DNA of 51,083 bases, from the NCBI GenBank assembly GCA_964418515.1, contig CAYQLK010000001.1, forward strand, positions 42,542 through 93,624, written 5' to 3'. The translations under genes were made by a program, and so were the position numbers. Below are positions 10,026 through 20,254 of the stretch, in pieces. The stretch is from an uncultured Gammaproteobacteria bacterium. GTDB lineage: Bacteria; Patescibacteriota; Microgenomatia; CAYQLK01. A model generated the notes under the pieces. The model ran no database searches, was not told the origin of the DNA, and saw only the letters and a list, made by a program, of their open reading frames with translations. Each line of letters begins with the position of its first letter. The stretch's first letter is position 1.

Positions 10026-10989
10026 AGCCAGAGGATCTGGAACTTATATTAATAACCTAGTTAATTCGCTTAAGTCGGAAAGTCTTGTCAGATTAGTTGA
10101 TAGTTACAGCGACGAACCAGATGTGGTGCATTATCCATATTTTGATCCATTTTTTTTAACGTTGCCTAGTAGGTTTACTCGCCCCACCGTTATTACTGTC
10201 CATGATCTAATTCCCATTGATTATCCAAAAATTTTCCCAAAAGGAATAAAAGGTGCAATTAAATGGCAAATTCAAAAGCGAAAATTAAAAAAAGCCGATG
10301 CAATAATTACTGATAGCTTGCATTCAAAAAAGCGTATTTCAGTCCTTACAGGTATAAGTCCCAAAAAAATATATTCAATTCCACTAGCGGCTGATCCAAT
10401 TTTTGTAAAAAAACAAAAAAAAGAATTAATTCAAACCCAAAAAAAATATAAACTGCCTGAAAAATTTGTACTTTATCTAGGCGATATTAATCCCAACAAA
10501 AACGTTATTCGACTTATTCAAGCCGCCGAGAGTTTTAAAATCAGACTGTTTTTAGCCGGTAGGCCATTTAGTGGTCATTCAGTAGAAGTAATAAAGATTA
10601 AAAAAATGATTGCAAATTCAAAAAATTCTCAAATTATTGGCGAAATCGAGTCAATAAACGACCTGGTAGATATTTACAATTTAGCACACCTAACAGTTGT
10701 TCCTTCTTGGGATGAAGGGTTTGGTTTTCCAATTCTTGAATCAATGGCGTGTGGTACACCAGTTGCCACATCGAACATATCTTGTCTGCCTGAAGTAGGT
10801 GGTATTGCTGCAAGATATTTCGATCCATATTCGAAAAAAAGTATTATTGATACCATAAATCAAATAACTACACTTAATAAATCGGAATATGATCAGTTAT
10901 CAAACGATTCAATTAAAAATAATCAAAAATTTACATGGGAAAAAACAGCAAAATTAACTTCTGATGTTTATCAACAAATCGTTCATTAA
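9970..10989 (+). CDS. Family-4 (GT-B) glycosyltransferase
   Basis: 339-aa ORF with VLIDQTRL..GSGTYINNL at the N-terminus and DEGFGFPILESMACGTPVATSN as the EX7E motif. The ATG at 9970 gives a 56-nt overlap, so the true start could be an internal TTG (9991 or 10009). Confidence 0.85.
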   Translation: MSQKTKVLIDQTRLITGHKARGSGTYINNLVNSLKSESLVRLVDSYSDEPDVVHYPYFDPFFLTLPSRFTRPTVITVHDLIPIDYPKIFPKGIKGAIKWQIQKRKLKKADAIITDSLHSKKRISVLTGISPKKIYSIPLAADPIFVKKQKKELIQTQKKYKLPEKFVLYLGDINPNKNVIRLIQAAESFKIRLFLAGRPFSGHSVEVIKIKKMIANSKNSQIIGEIESINDLVDIYNLAHLTVVPSWDEGFGFPILESMACGTPVATSNISCLPEVGGIAARYFDPYSKKSIIDTINQITTLNKSEYDQLSNDSIKNNQKFTWEKTAKLTSDVYQQIVH

Positions 10990-12094
10990 AAAAAAATACA
11001 AAGAATATAGATTTGTATTTTTTGTATTTATATTATGGAAGCTAGTATTAACAGTATTAGGCGTTTATCTCGCAAAGATTTTAGAGTTTAATCCAACCTA
11101 CCCATATTTTGAAAATCTTTTAAGGGAATACGGATTATTATCATCTTATGTTTGGGGTGGATTTGATGGTGTTCATTATCTGAATATTGCTTCGGATGGC
11201 TATGCAAATCAATATACACAAGCATTTTTCCCATTTTATCCATTGTTAATTAATATTTTGTCTTTTGGTGTGATACCCAAATTATTTATAGGTATTGCGA
11301 TAAACAATATCTGTTTATTTGTTTCATTAATTTACATACAAAAAATTGTAAAAAAATATTTTATCCAAATCGAATACAAAATTGTGGTTATTTTAATACT
11401 TTGTTATCCTTTTTCTTTCTTTTTTAATTCTGTATATAACGAAGGGTTATTTTTAATGCTGACAACAGCATGCTTTTACTATTTTTTTATTGACCGAATA
11501 TTTCTATCTGTTGGTTTTGGTGTTTTTGCAACAGCAACTCGCCTTGCAGGCATTTTTATATTACCCGCACTAATGATTACCTGTTTTTATAAACGAAAGA
11601 AAACAATTTTACCTATTTTTTTAATTCCACTTGGCCTTGTATGCTACATGATATTTCTACAGATTAAATTCGGCGATTTTTTATATTTTATTCACGCCCA
11701 AAATTATTTTGGTAACTCAAGAAGCAGTGATTTTGTACTACTGCCCCAAGTTATTTTTCGTTATTTCAAAATACTAACTACAGTTTCACTTACATCAAAC
11801 GCATTTATTTTGGCTCTAACTGAAATTTTTATTACTCTTAGTTTCTTAGCTATTCCAATACTGTTTATAAAAAAACTTCCAAAACAATTAATCGTATATA
11901 CACTTCTGGTAGTATTGGTGCCGCCACTAACAGGAACATTTAGTTCAATGCCAAGGTACGCGCTTACAGCATTTCCAGTATTTATTTGTATTGCCTACCT
12001 GAAGCCTTTATTTATTTACCCGCTCCTTGTTTTGTTTATATTACTTCAAATATTTTTTCTATCACTGTTTGTCTCAGGAACCTTTGTATCATGA
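10964..12094 (+). CDS. PIG-V/mannosyltransferase-like polytopic membrane protein (GT-C type)
   Basis: 376-aa ORF, hydrophobic throughout. WGGFDGVHYLNIASDGYANQYTQAFFPFYPLL resembles the W-D-x-x-H-(Y/F)-L-x-I-A-x-x-G-Y ... AFFP signature of GPI mannosyltransferase 2-type enzymes. Confidence 0.6.
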   Translation: MFINKSFIKKKYKEYRFVFFVFILWKLVLTVLGVYLAKILEFNPTYPYFENLLREYGLLSSYVWGGFDGVHYLNIASDGYANQYTQAFFPFYPLLINILSFGVIPKLFIGIAINNICLFVSLIYIQKIVKKYFIQIEYKIVVILILCYPFSFFFNSVYNEGLFLMLTTACFYYFFIDRIFLSVGFGVFATATRLAGIFILPALMITCFYKRKKTILPIFLIPLGLVCYMIFLQIKFGDFLYFIHAQNYFGNSRSSDFVLLPQVIFRYFKILTTVSLTSNAFILALTEIFITLSFLAIPILFIKKLPKQLIVYTLLVVLVPPLTGTFSSMPRYALTAFPVFICIAYLKPLFIYPLLVLFILLQIFFLSLFVSGTFVS

Positions 12095-13527
12095 AAAAAA
12101 TAAACAAACCAATAATTATTGTTCTCGTATTTGCTCTTATTCTTAGAGTTCTAAGTTGGAATCAGAGTTTTTGGTTAGATGAAGGAATTGCCGCTGAGAC
12201 AGCAATTAATTTTAGTATTAAGGAATATTTTAATGGTTTTTTATTGGGCGATTTTCATCCGCCATTATATTTCATAATTCAAAAACTTTTTTATTTCGTT
12301 TTAGGTTCAGATGAATATGTTTTTCGTTTACCCGCACTAATTTCAGGCGTAATAACAGTTTTGGTTACTTATTTAATTTCTAAAGAAGTTATTAAAAATA
12401 AAACCTTTCAGCTTTGGCCTTCAATACTTGTTACTACCTCACCAATTTTAATTACGTATTCATTTGAAGCCAGGCCATATTCTCTTACGGGATTAATTGT
12501 AATTTTAAATCTATATTTTTTATTACTAACGAAAAAAAAGTTTTCAAGAAAATACTGTACTTTATTTTTTATTACAAATATTTTAATCATCTATCTAAAC
12601 TACATTGCATATTTGTATGTTTTTAGCTCTTCAATATATATGGGGTATATTTTATGGAAAAATAAAAATAAGAATTTTACATATATATTTTCCATTTCAA
12701 TTATCTTTGTAATTATTTCAAGTTTAATGTTTCCGATTTTTATGACTCAATTAGTTTCAGGAAGCAATATCTCTTCGTCATTTAGTGGTTGGCAAAATGT
12801 AATTGGCAGTAATAACTTTTTAAAGAACTTTACCCAATTTTTTATAAAAACTTCTACTGGCTTAGTTGATTTTAGTTATTCAGTGCATATATCAATAGTT
12901 GCACTGCTAAATACAGCTGTCTATTTATTGGCGATAGTATATTCTCTGGCAAAAAGGCAATTTAATCCTGTTTTAATAGTCTTTTTAAGCACTTTTATGT
13001 TCGTTATGGCAATTGCAGTTTTTCTGCCAATATATTCATACTTTAGATTGCTATTTTTAATTCCATTTATTTATATTGTCATTATAAATCTCAATGTTAG
13101 TCCTCAAATTATCAAAAAAGGGTTTTATTTTATTCTTGTTTCCAATTTTATTTTCATTTTGCTTTATTTTGCTAACCCAATATTTTGGAGAGAAGACTGG
13201 AAAGGGGCAAAAGTATATTCTGATTTTTTAAGTTCCAAGTACCCCAATGCGATGACAGTTTTTTCAACTAAAGTGCCGTACGATATTTATTATTACTATA
13301 ATACGAGTAAAGCCGTTGGGGCAGGGGATGAGTTTATAATGAATAAAATTCCAACTGAAAAACAGCAAATTTTATTAAAGTATGATCAAATTATTTATTA
13401 CAGTTATCTTTCAGATTTGACTGATCCAAGCTTGATTACAGAAAATTTTTTGAAAACATATTATTCTGAAATAACTGGTTATAGCTTCAATAAAATAGGC
13501 AGTGTAAAGATTTTTATTAAAAAATGA
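12091..13527 (+). CDS. PMT_2/ArnT-like GT-C membrane glycosyltransferase
   Basis: The ORF track starts at 11986, but the ATG at 12091 forms an ATGA overlap with the upstream stop and begins a typical N-terminus, MKKINKPIIIVLVFALILRV. Loop motif SFWLDEGIAAE, then FHPPLYF; polytopic with a soluble C-terminal domain. Confidence 0.7.
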   Translation: MKKINKPIIIVLVFALILRVLSWNQSFWLDEGIAAETAINFSIKEYFNGFLLGDFHPPLYFIIQKLFYFVLGSDEYVFRLPALISGVITVLVTYLISKEVIKNKTFQLWPSILVTTSPILITYSFEARPYSLTGLIVILNLYFLLLTKKKFSRKYCTLFFITNILIIYLNYIAYLYVFSSSIYMGYILWKNKNKNFTYIFSISIIFVIISSLMFPIFMTQLVSGSNISSSFSGWQNVIGSNNFLKNFTQFFIKTSTGLVDFSYSVHISIVALLNTAVYLLAIVYSLAKRQFNPVLIVFLSTFMFVMAIAVFLPIYSYFRLLFLIPFIYIVIINLNVSPQIIKKGFYFILVSNFIFILLYFANPIFWREDWKGAKVYSDFLSSKYPNAMTVFSTKVPYDIYYYYNTSKAVGAGDEFIMNKIPTEKQQILLKYDQIIYYSYLSDLTDPSLITENFLKTYYSEITGYSFNKIGSVKIFIKK

Positions 13528-14618
13528 AAAAAATAGCTATCGACGTTTCACAAATTATTTACGGTACTGGTGTTTCGAACTTAACTGCTGATTTGGTCGA
13601 ATCAGTAATTAGTCTAGATAAAAAAAACACCTATGTATTATTCGGAGCAAGTCTAAGAGGATATTTTAAACTAAAAAAATTCTGTTCAACTTATCCGCAA
13701 GCTTTAACAAAAATATACCCCTTTCCTGTTTCAGTATTTGAGTTAATTTTTCACAAGTTTAATGTTCCTATAGATTATTTTTGTTCCGGCATTAATGTTT
13801 TTGTTTGTTCTGACTGGTTAACTCCAAGATCAAAAAAAGCAAAGATTATTGTGCCTATTTACGACTTAACAACAAAAATTATGCCAGAAGATCACACGGC
13901 AAAGACTGTAAAGGTACACCAAACGCGCATGGAGAGAGCTGTAAGGTACGCATCTTTTATTACATTTTTATCAAAGTCCTGCAGAGATGATTTCTTTAGG
14001 TATTTTAAATTCGATATAAATAAGACAGAGATTGTTTATCCAAGTACTAAAATACAAAATAAAAAAGCCAGCAGTTTTAACAATGTCTCAAAAAAATTTA
14101 AAATAACTAAACCTTATTTTTTAAGCGTTTCAACATTACAGCCTAGAAAAAATCTTAATTTATTAGTTAACGCTTTCAATAAAATAAATCATGATAAAAA
14201 ATATCAACTAGTTATTGTCGGACCAAAAGGTTGGGGTAATATCAATTTACCCACAAGTGACAATATTACTCAGACAGGTTTTGTTTCAGACGGTGAGTTG
14301 GTTTCTCTATATAGAAATTCCACCTTATTTATTTACCCTTCTTTATATGAAGGGTTTGGACTGCCAATAATTGAAGCAATGAGATTTGGTACGCCAGTTA
14401 TTGCGTCTAATACGTCCTCAATGCCAGAAGCTGGTGGTCAGGCAGCTATGTATTTTGATCCAAAAGATGAAAATGACTTGGTTCAGAAAATTATAAAATT
14501 TTTATCTTTAACAACAAACTCAATTAAAATCGTAAAATTAAAATCTCGAGAACATGCGGAAAGTTTTTCTTGGAATAACTCAGCCAAAAAGTTAATATCA
14601 ATTTATGACAAAGTCTAA
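13524..14618 (+). CDS. Family-4 (GT-B) glycosyltransferase
   Basis: 364-aa ORF with [19 protein letters not shown] at the N-terminus and [32 protein letters not shown] overlap upstream. Confidence 0.85.
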   Translation: MKKIAIDVSQIIYGTGVSNLTADLVESVISLDKKNTYVLFGASLRGYFKLKKFCSTYPQALTKIYPFPVSVFELIFHKFNVPIDYFCSGINVFVCSDWLTPRSKKAKIIVPIYDLTTKIMPEDHTAKTVKVHQTRMERAVRYASFITFLSKSCRDDFFRYFKFDINKTEIVYPSTKIQNKKASSFNNVSKKFKITKPYFLSVSTLQPRKNLNLLVNAFNKINHDKKYQLVIVGPKGWGNINLPTSDNITQTGFVSDGELVSLYRNSTLFIYPSLYEGFGLPIIEAMRFGTPVIASNTSSMPEAGGQAAMYFDPKDENDLVQKIIKFLSLTTNSIKIVKLKSREHAESFSWNNSAKKLISIYDKV

Positions 14619-15711
14619 ATTTATTGCTATTGACGGAAACGAAGCAAACATCTCTCGACCAGTTGGGAGTAATCATTATGCTTTGCAAATAATTATTAAC
14701 CTAACTAAATCTTATCCAGAAAAAAAATTTAGAATACTGCTCAAGTCCCAACCGCTTCCACACATGCCGAATGGGGATAATATTGAATATGAAGTATTTG
14801 GTCCACAAAAGTTGTGGACGCGTTTTGCACTACCATTAAGGATTAAATTCCAAAAACCCAAAATTTCTGTCTTGTTTACTCCTGGGCATTACACGCCAAA
14901 CATCAAGGGAGTTAAAAAAATAATTGTTATTTTTGATTTGGCATATTTAAAGTTCCCTGAACATTTTGCCAAAAAAGATCTTATCCAGTTAAAAAAATGG
15001 ACTAATATTTCACTGAAAGCTTGCGATGGGATAATTACTATCTCCAACTCAACACGCAACGACATTCAGAAATATTACCCAGACTTAAATAAACCAATAA
15101 AAGTGATTTATCCAGGGTACAACACCAATATTTTTAAAAAAATTACAAATATAAAATCCAAGGAGTCTGTAATTAAAAAATACGCTTTACCGAAAAATTT
15201 CACAGTATTTGTAGGAACTGTACAACCGAGGAAGAATATTCAAGGAGTTATTTCAGCGATGAAATTCAATAACGATTTTAATTTGGTTGTAGTTGGCAAA
15301 AAAGGTTGGCTTTTTGATCCGATTTTTGAAAACGCGAAGAATTTTAAAAACAGAATAACATTTACTGATTATGTGCCCGACGAAGATTTGCCGGTAATTA
15401 TTTCATTGGCAGACAGCCTAATTCTTCCATCATTTTATGAAGGATTTGGTATCCCTGTGGTTGAGGCTTTAGCATGCGGATGTCCGGTCATAGTTTCGAA
15501 AAATTCGAGCCTTTCTGAAGCGGCAGGTAATGCGGGTTTATTTGTCGACCCCCATAACCCAAAAGATATTGCTGAAAAAATTTCTATCTTACAAAATGAC
15601 AAAAAAATTAAAAATAATTTAATTAATAATGCTCATAAACAGATTTTAAAATTTTCATGGCAGGAAAATGCAAAACAAACTTACGAGTTTATCTCAAGTA
15701 TTGTAGACTAA
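14605..15711 (+). CDS. Family-4 (GT-B) glycosyltransferase
   Basis: 368-aa ORF with [28 protein letters not shown]. Collinear with the preceding GT4. 14-nt overlap. Confidence 0.85.
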   Translation: MTKSKFIAIDGNEANISRPVGSNHYALQIIINLTKSYPEKKFRILLKSQPLPHMPNGDNIEYEVFGPQKLWTRFALPLRIKFQKPKISVLFTPGHYTPNIKGVKKIIVIFDLAYLKFPEHFAKKDLIQLKKWTNISLKACDGIITISNSTRNDIQKYYPDLNKPIKVIYPGYNTNIFKKITNIKSKESVIKKYALPKNFTVFVGTVQPRKNIQGVISAMKFNNDFNLVVVGKKGWLFDPIFENAKNFKNRITFTDYVPDEDLPVIISLADSLILPSFYEGFGIPVVEALACGCPVIVSKNSSLSEAAGNAGLFVDPHNPKDIAEKISILQNDKKIKNNLINNAHKQILKFSWQENAKQTYEFISSIVD

Positions 15712-15715
15712 ATAT

Positions 15716-16318
15716 ATGATTGGAATAACTGACAAAAACGGACAATCTCTAAGTAGTTCAGAAATAATTACTAAAATTATAATCAGGATAAATAGTTATT
15801 TGTTAGATTTTTGGTTAATGATTCTCAATTTTATTAGTGTAGTTCCATCACATAGCATTAGAAATCTATTCTATAGAGCCTCAGGAATAAAAATTGGCCC
15901 AAAGTCCTACATTCATTATGGAGCCAGGTTCTATATGCCTATGAATATTAAAATTGGAGACGGAACAATTATTGGTGATCATGCCTTTATTGACGGAAGA
16001 GCACCAGTAAAAATTGGAAACAATGTAGATATTGCTTCAGAGGTTAGAATCTATAATTCCGAACACGATATAGAGAGCAATGATTTTATAGCAACAAATG
16101 CACCAGTAAACATTGAAGATTATGTTTTTATTGGTCCAAGAGTAACAATATTGCCGGGAGTAACTATCGGCAAAGGTGCAGTTATTGCTGCTGGGTCAGT
16201 GGTAGTTAAGGATGTTGACGCATCAACCTTGGTTGGTGGTGTGCCAGCAAAATACATAAAAGATAGAAACTTGAAAGAATACAAATACAGATTGGGAAGA
16301 CCAAAATTATTTCAGTAA
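15716..16318 (+). CDS. Hexapeptide-repeat (left-handed beta-helix) O-acetyltransferase, WcaF/WbbJ-like
   Basis: 200-aa ORF with repeated [LIV]-G-x4 hexapeptides ([49 protein letters not shown]) and a terminal GGVPAKYIK. Confidence 0.85.
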   Translation: MIGITDKNGQSLSSSEIITKIIIRINSYLLDFWLMILNFISVVPSHSIRNLFYRASGIKIGPKSYIHYGARFYMPMNIKIGDGTIIGDHAFIDGRAPVKIGNNVDIASEVRIYNSEHDIESNDFIATNAPVNIEDYVFIGPRVTILPGVTIGKGAVIAAGSVVVKDVDASTLVGGVPAKYIKDRNLKEYKYRLGRPKLFQ

Positions 16319-16321
16319 ACA

Positions 16322-17227
16322 ATGATTGATTTCAGTTACATTATTGTAAATTTTCGCACGCCAAAACTAACACTCGAAGCAGTTCGGTCAATAATTTCTC
16401 ATGAGAAAAAAACAAAATACGAAATTATTGTTGTAGACAACAACTCTGATGACGGTAGTCTGGCATATCTTTCAAAAAATCTTCCCAAAAGTGTCAAATT
16501 TATTGTTGCTCCTGAGAATCTAGGATTTGGCCGAGCAAACAACCTTGGATTAGAAAAAGCTAAAGGGAGATTTTTTGTGATTTTTAACTCGGATGCTTAC
16601 GAAGTCGAAGAAATTCTTCCAAAAATCAAAAAAACTTTTGATTCGAACAAAAAGATTTCAATTTTAGGAACAAAGATTCTTTATCCTAATTACGAACTTC
16701 AACAATCGCACGGTAGTCTTCCGAGCGTATTGTCAATTTTCTTTTGGATGTTTTTTGTTGACGATATTCCATTATTAAACAAAATTATTCCTACACTTCA
16801 CAAAAAATCCCACTCCTATTATAAAAAAACTAAAAAAACTGGATGGGTAACTGGCGCAATGATGGTTTTTAAGCGAAATGTTTTCAGACAGCTTGGCGGA
16901 TTTAATCCTAAAATATTTTTATATTCAGAAGATATTGATATTTGTCTTAGAGCCAAAAAAAAGGGTCTTAAAACATATTTTTCTCCTGATACACGAGTTA
17001 TTCACATTGGACAACAAAGTTCAAAAGGATTACCAGGCAATGCTTTAGTTGGCGAAGTAAAAGGGTTGTTATTTGTTTCAAAAGCAAACTTTAATCCCGT
17101 AAAATATTTGCTAATTAAATTAATATTGACCATAGGCTCATTGCTAAGACTTATTATCTTTGGGATAATCCTTAGAAGCACACAAAGAAAACAGATATAC
17201 AAACAAGTAATTAAAACCATTTGGTAA
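16322..17227 (+). CDS. Family-2 glycosyltransferase, WbbL-like subtype
   Basis: 301-aa ORF with YIIVNFRT, VVDNNSDDGS, NLGFGRANNLG, IFNSDA and SEDIDICLRAKKKGLK motifs, plus a hydrophobic C-terminal tail. Confidence 0.85.
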   Translation: MIDFSYIIVNFRTPKLTLEAVRSIISHEKKTKYEIIVVDNNSDDGSLAYLSKNLPKSVKFIVAPENLGFGRANNLGLEKAKGRFFVIFNSDAYEVEEILPKIKKTFDSNKKISILGTKILYPNYELQQSHGSLPSVLSIFFWMFFVDDIPLLNKIIPTLHKKSHSYYKKTKKTGWVTGAMMVFKRNVFRQLGGFNPKIFLYSEDIDICLRAKKKGLKTYFSPDTRVIHIGQQSSKGLPGNALVGEVKGLLFVSKANFNPVKYLLIKLILTIGSLLRLIIFGIILRSTQRKQIYKQVIKTIW

Positions 17228-18810
17228 AATCCGTGAAAGCACTACTAAATTTTGTCGACAATCACCTTTTAGAATTTATAGCTATTTTCCTAATAGTTTT
17301 TATTCCTGTTTACCCAAAATTTCCTTTATTTGATATTCTTCCAGGTTACATTGTTCGAGCTCGTTTAGAAGATATTTTGATATTTCTGGCATTTATAACT
17401 TTTGGTATTTATTTAATCCGCAGAAAGGTCAGCTTAAAAAACAATCCACTTACATGGCCAATAATAATTTATGCGGTTGTTGGCTTGTTATCCTGTCTGT
17501 CAGCAATATTTATTACTCAGTCAGTTCCAGCTGAGGCCAATCATATTGGCAAAATGTTCTTGCACTACTTTAGACGGTTAGAGTATTTTTCAATGTTTTT
17601 TATTGTTTTTGCGTCAATCAAATCTTTAGAACAAGTTAAAAAATATATTTACATAGCATTTATTGTTTTACTCATTATTTCTGTTTACGGTTTTGCACAA
17701 AAATATATGTATTTCCCCGCCTTTTCTACAATGAATAGAGAGTTTTCGAAAGGTTGGGCACTTTATTTGACCGAACATGCAAGAGTACTTTCAACATTTG
17801 GAGGCCATTATGACTTGGCTGCCTATTTAATGATGTCATTAACGCTACTATTAAGCTTTATTTTAACGATTAAGAAAAAGCTTATTCAGCTCGGATTAAT
17901 AGTGTTGTATATATTTAGTTTCTGGATTTTAATTCTTACCGCTTCGAGAATTTCGTTTCTAGCGTACTTGGGCGCAATTTCCTTAGCAGTCGCGGGGGTT
18001 TATTATTGGGACAGAAAGAAAATCAAGGCTGTGGTTAGCTTTGTCGTTGTCATGATGTTTTCGCTAGTAATTATGTTGTCGTTTGGTGATTTGTCTTCAA
18101 GATTTAGCGGATTAATAAAAAATGACCAACTCACAGCTTTAATTGAAAAAGCCCAAAATCCGTTTGCAAAAAAACCAACTGAAAAAGCCGCGTTTTTGGA
18201 AAACAATCCAGATAGTCCGTTAGCTGCATCAGATCAACAACCAGTTTCAACAAAACCGAGTGATGTTACTAGCGACCAGCCAATTTACGTCATTGCTACC
18301 AATGCTGCTGGAGAATCAACCTTGACGGCTGTACCGAGGCAATATTCTGATAATGCCCTTAAATATGATCTATCTACAGCAATTAGACTAGATAAGTTAT
18401 GGCCGCAAGCAATCAGCGGTTTTAAAGCAAACCCAATCTTTGGTTCTGGATACTCGACATTAACCAAATCTTCAAAATACGAATTTACTGAGGCAGAATC
18501 AACAGATAATGATTATTTGCGATCTTTAGGCGAAACTGGTCTTGCGGGTTTCATTTCATTCTTTGGAATAATCGCCTATGTTATATACGCGAGCTTCAGA
18601 TCAATTAGAAAAATTTCTGACCCAACAATTGCTGGAATAGTAATTGGAATCAGTTGTGCAGTTATTGGCCTGCTAGCTAACGCAATATATATTGATATTT
18701 TTGAAGCATCTAAAGTCGCTTTTACTCTTTGGGGTTTGGTTGCAATTCTTATGGCGGCAATCAAATTTATTGACGCGAAGCCATCAAAAACTAGTAGTAA
18801 GAAAAAATAA
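17221..18810 (+). CDS. Wzy_C-domain membrane protein (O-antigen ligase / polymerase / O-oligosaccharyltransferase-like)
   Basis: 529-aa polytopic ORF. LTASRISFLAYLG helix, then a hydrophilic loop of about 150 aa (approx 18088-18540) ending in NPIFGSGYS...DNDYLRSLGETGLAGF, then terminal TM helices. There is no ATG; the start is TTG 17221 (overlapping the upstream stop) or GTG 17233. Confidence 0.65.
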   Translation: MVKSVKALLNFVDNHLLEFIAIFLIVFIPVYPKFPLFDILPGYIVRARLEDILIFLAFITFGIYLIRRKVSLKNNPLTWPIIIYAVVGLLSCLSAIFITQSVPAEANHIGKMFLHYFRRLEYFSMFFIVFASIKSLEQVKKYIYIAFIVLLIISVYGFAQKYMYFPAFSTMNREFSKGWALYLTEHARVLSTFGGHYDLAAYLMMSLTLLLSFILTIKKKLIQLGLIVLYIFSFWILILTASRISFLAYLGAISLAVAGVYYWDRKKIKAVVSFVVVMMFSLVIMLSFGDLSSRFSGLIKNDQLTALIEKAQNPFAKKPTEKAAFLENNPDSPLAASDQQPVSTKPSDVTSDQPIYVIATNAAGESTLTAVPRQYSDNALKYDLSTAIRLDKLWPQAISGFKANPIFGSGYSTLTKSSKYEFTEAESTDNDYLRSLGETGLAGFISFFGIIAYVIYASFRSIRKISDPTIAGIVIGISCAVIGLLANAIYIDIFEASKVAFTLWGLVAILMAAIKFIDAKPSKTSSKKK

Positions 18811-18826
18811 TTAATTTATTGACAAT

Positions 18827-20254
18827 ATGAAGATATATAAAAAGATATTTCTATCTTTAATATTGCTTGGGGTTATTTTTTTTATAACATTACTGCCAAG
18901 GCTCTACAAAATCGATAATTCAATTACAGACTGGCACTCCTTTAGACAAGCAGATACTGCGATGGTGGCTAGGAATTTTGCCGATGAAGGATTTAATATT
19001 TTGCATCCCAAAACCGATAATATTCTTGCTATTTCTGATAGCAAAAAACCAAACCCACAAGGTTTAACCTTCTTGGAGTTTCCAATCTACACATTAATTG
19101 TTGGTTTAGTCTGGGATATTTTTGGTGTTAATGAATCAAGTGCAAGACTCGTTTCTGCAATATTTGCCTCATTTTCTACCGTTTTCCTATTTTTATTAGT
19201 CAGAAAGTTTTCCAATTCCCGAGTAGCAATTATAGCCGCCCTAGTATTTGCGCTTACGCCATACAGTATTTATTACGGAAGAGTAATAATGCCAAATTCG
19301 ACAATGATTTGCCTAGGCTTGGCCTCATTATGGTTATTTAGTAGATATTATTTTAATAATTCTAAAGTTTCTTTTTTTATGTCTAGCGTATTATTTGCAT
19401 TAGCCAGCCTTAGTTACCCTTATGTTGTTTTCTGGCTGATTCCAATAATCTACCTCGCCTTAATAAAGGATGGTTTGTTTTACTATTCCTTAAAATATTA
19501 CGGGTTTTTGTTAATTGCTTTTATTCCTTTGGTCCTATGGCGGGCATGGGGAGCAAATTATCCCGAGGCACAAATTGGTTCAAATTGGTATTTAAATTAT
19601 GGAGATATTCGATTCTCGGGAGCATTTTTTAGATGGTTAATTTTTGAAAGACTAGCTAAATTAATTTTAGGTACAGGTGGATTTGTTTTAATGTTTTTTG
19701 GGCTGGTAGCCAAAAGGGAGAATAAAGAGAATTATTTTTATTTTGTTTGGTTATTTTCAATGATTTTGTATTTTGTAATCTTTGCTTCTTCTAACGTCCG
19801 TCACGATTACTATCAATATATTTATATGCCAGTTTTAGCAGTATTTGTTGCACTTGGTATTGATCATCTTCTGAAAGCCGGTCAATCCATTATCGAAAAA
19901 TCAATTAGTGTTTCTATAGCAATTTTTCTCGTCATTATTTCAATAGCTTTTGGGTGTTATGAGGTGAAGGGATACTATTTAACAAATAATGATATTGTCG
20001 AGGCGGGTAAAAAGGCTGATGAGCTGTTAAGCGCCAATGACAAAGTTATTGCACCTCTAGCTGGTGACTTGTCGTTACTGTATTATGTTAACCGGCCAGG
20101 ATGGGCAGAATTTTATGAAGAAATGCCTGTTTTTAAAGCTCAAGGGGCAACAGCTATTGTTTCACTAAAATTCGATGAAGGTATTGAAAAGCTTGCCAAA
20201 GAAAACAAGGTTTTATATCGTACAAATAAATATATAATTATTTCCTTAAAATAA
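18827..20254 (+). CDS. ArnT/PMT_2-like GT-C membrane glycosyltransferase
   Basis: 475-aa polytopic ORF. N-terminal ITDWHSFRQADTAMVARNFADEG loop, ARLVSAIFASFSTVFLFLLVRK helix and a small C-terminal soluble domain. Confidence 0.7.
   Translation: MKIYKKIFLSLILLGVIFFITLLPRLYKIDNSITDWHSFRQADTAMVARNFADEGFNILHPKTDNILAISDSKKPNPQGLTFLEFPIYTLIVGLVWDIFGVNESSARLVSAIFASFSTVFLFLLVRKFSNSRVAIIAALVFALTPYSIYYGRVIMPNSTMICLGLASLWLFSRYYFNNSKVSFFMSSVLFALASLSYPYVVFWLIPIIYLALIKDGLFYYSLKYYGFLLIAFIPLVLWRAWGANYPEAQIGSNWYLNYGDIRFSGAFFRWLIFERLAKLILGTGGFVLMFFGLVAKRENKENYFYFVWLFSMILYFVIFASSNVRHDYYQYIYMPVLAVFVALGIDHLLKAGQSIIEKSISVSIAIFLVIISIAFGCYEVKGYYLTNNDIVEAGKKADELLSANDKVIAPLAGDLSLLYYVNRPGWAEFYEEMPVFKAQGATAIVSLKFDEGIEKLAKENKVLYRTNKYIIISLK

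Noticed and set aside
10988-10996. A9 homopolymer tracts (10988-10996 at the GT4 stop / PIG-V-like gene start, 36315-36323 in murB, 42838-42846 in ftsQ) as possible phase-variation switches.
   Set aside because: They encode Lys runs in a very A-rich genome and also occur in essential genes (murB, ftsQ). Chance composition is the simpler explanation; a single sequence cannot show length polymorphism.
11986-12090. N-terminal extensions in the ORF track (11986-12090, 28879-28935, 34770-34826, 33004-33024, 28263-28268, 5953-5958).
   Set aside because: The extensions overlap the preceding gene and translate to non-homologous sequence. Internal ATGs give canonical N-termini and the ATGA or short-overlap pattern seen elsewhere in the window.
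18819-18824. Perfect TTGACA hexamer in the 16-nt spacer before the GT-C gene at 18827.
   Set aside because: It ends 2 nt before the ATG, so it cannot serve as a -35 for that gene, and no matching -10 follows within an untranslated region.
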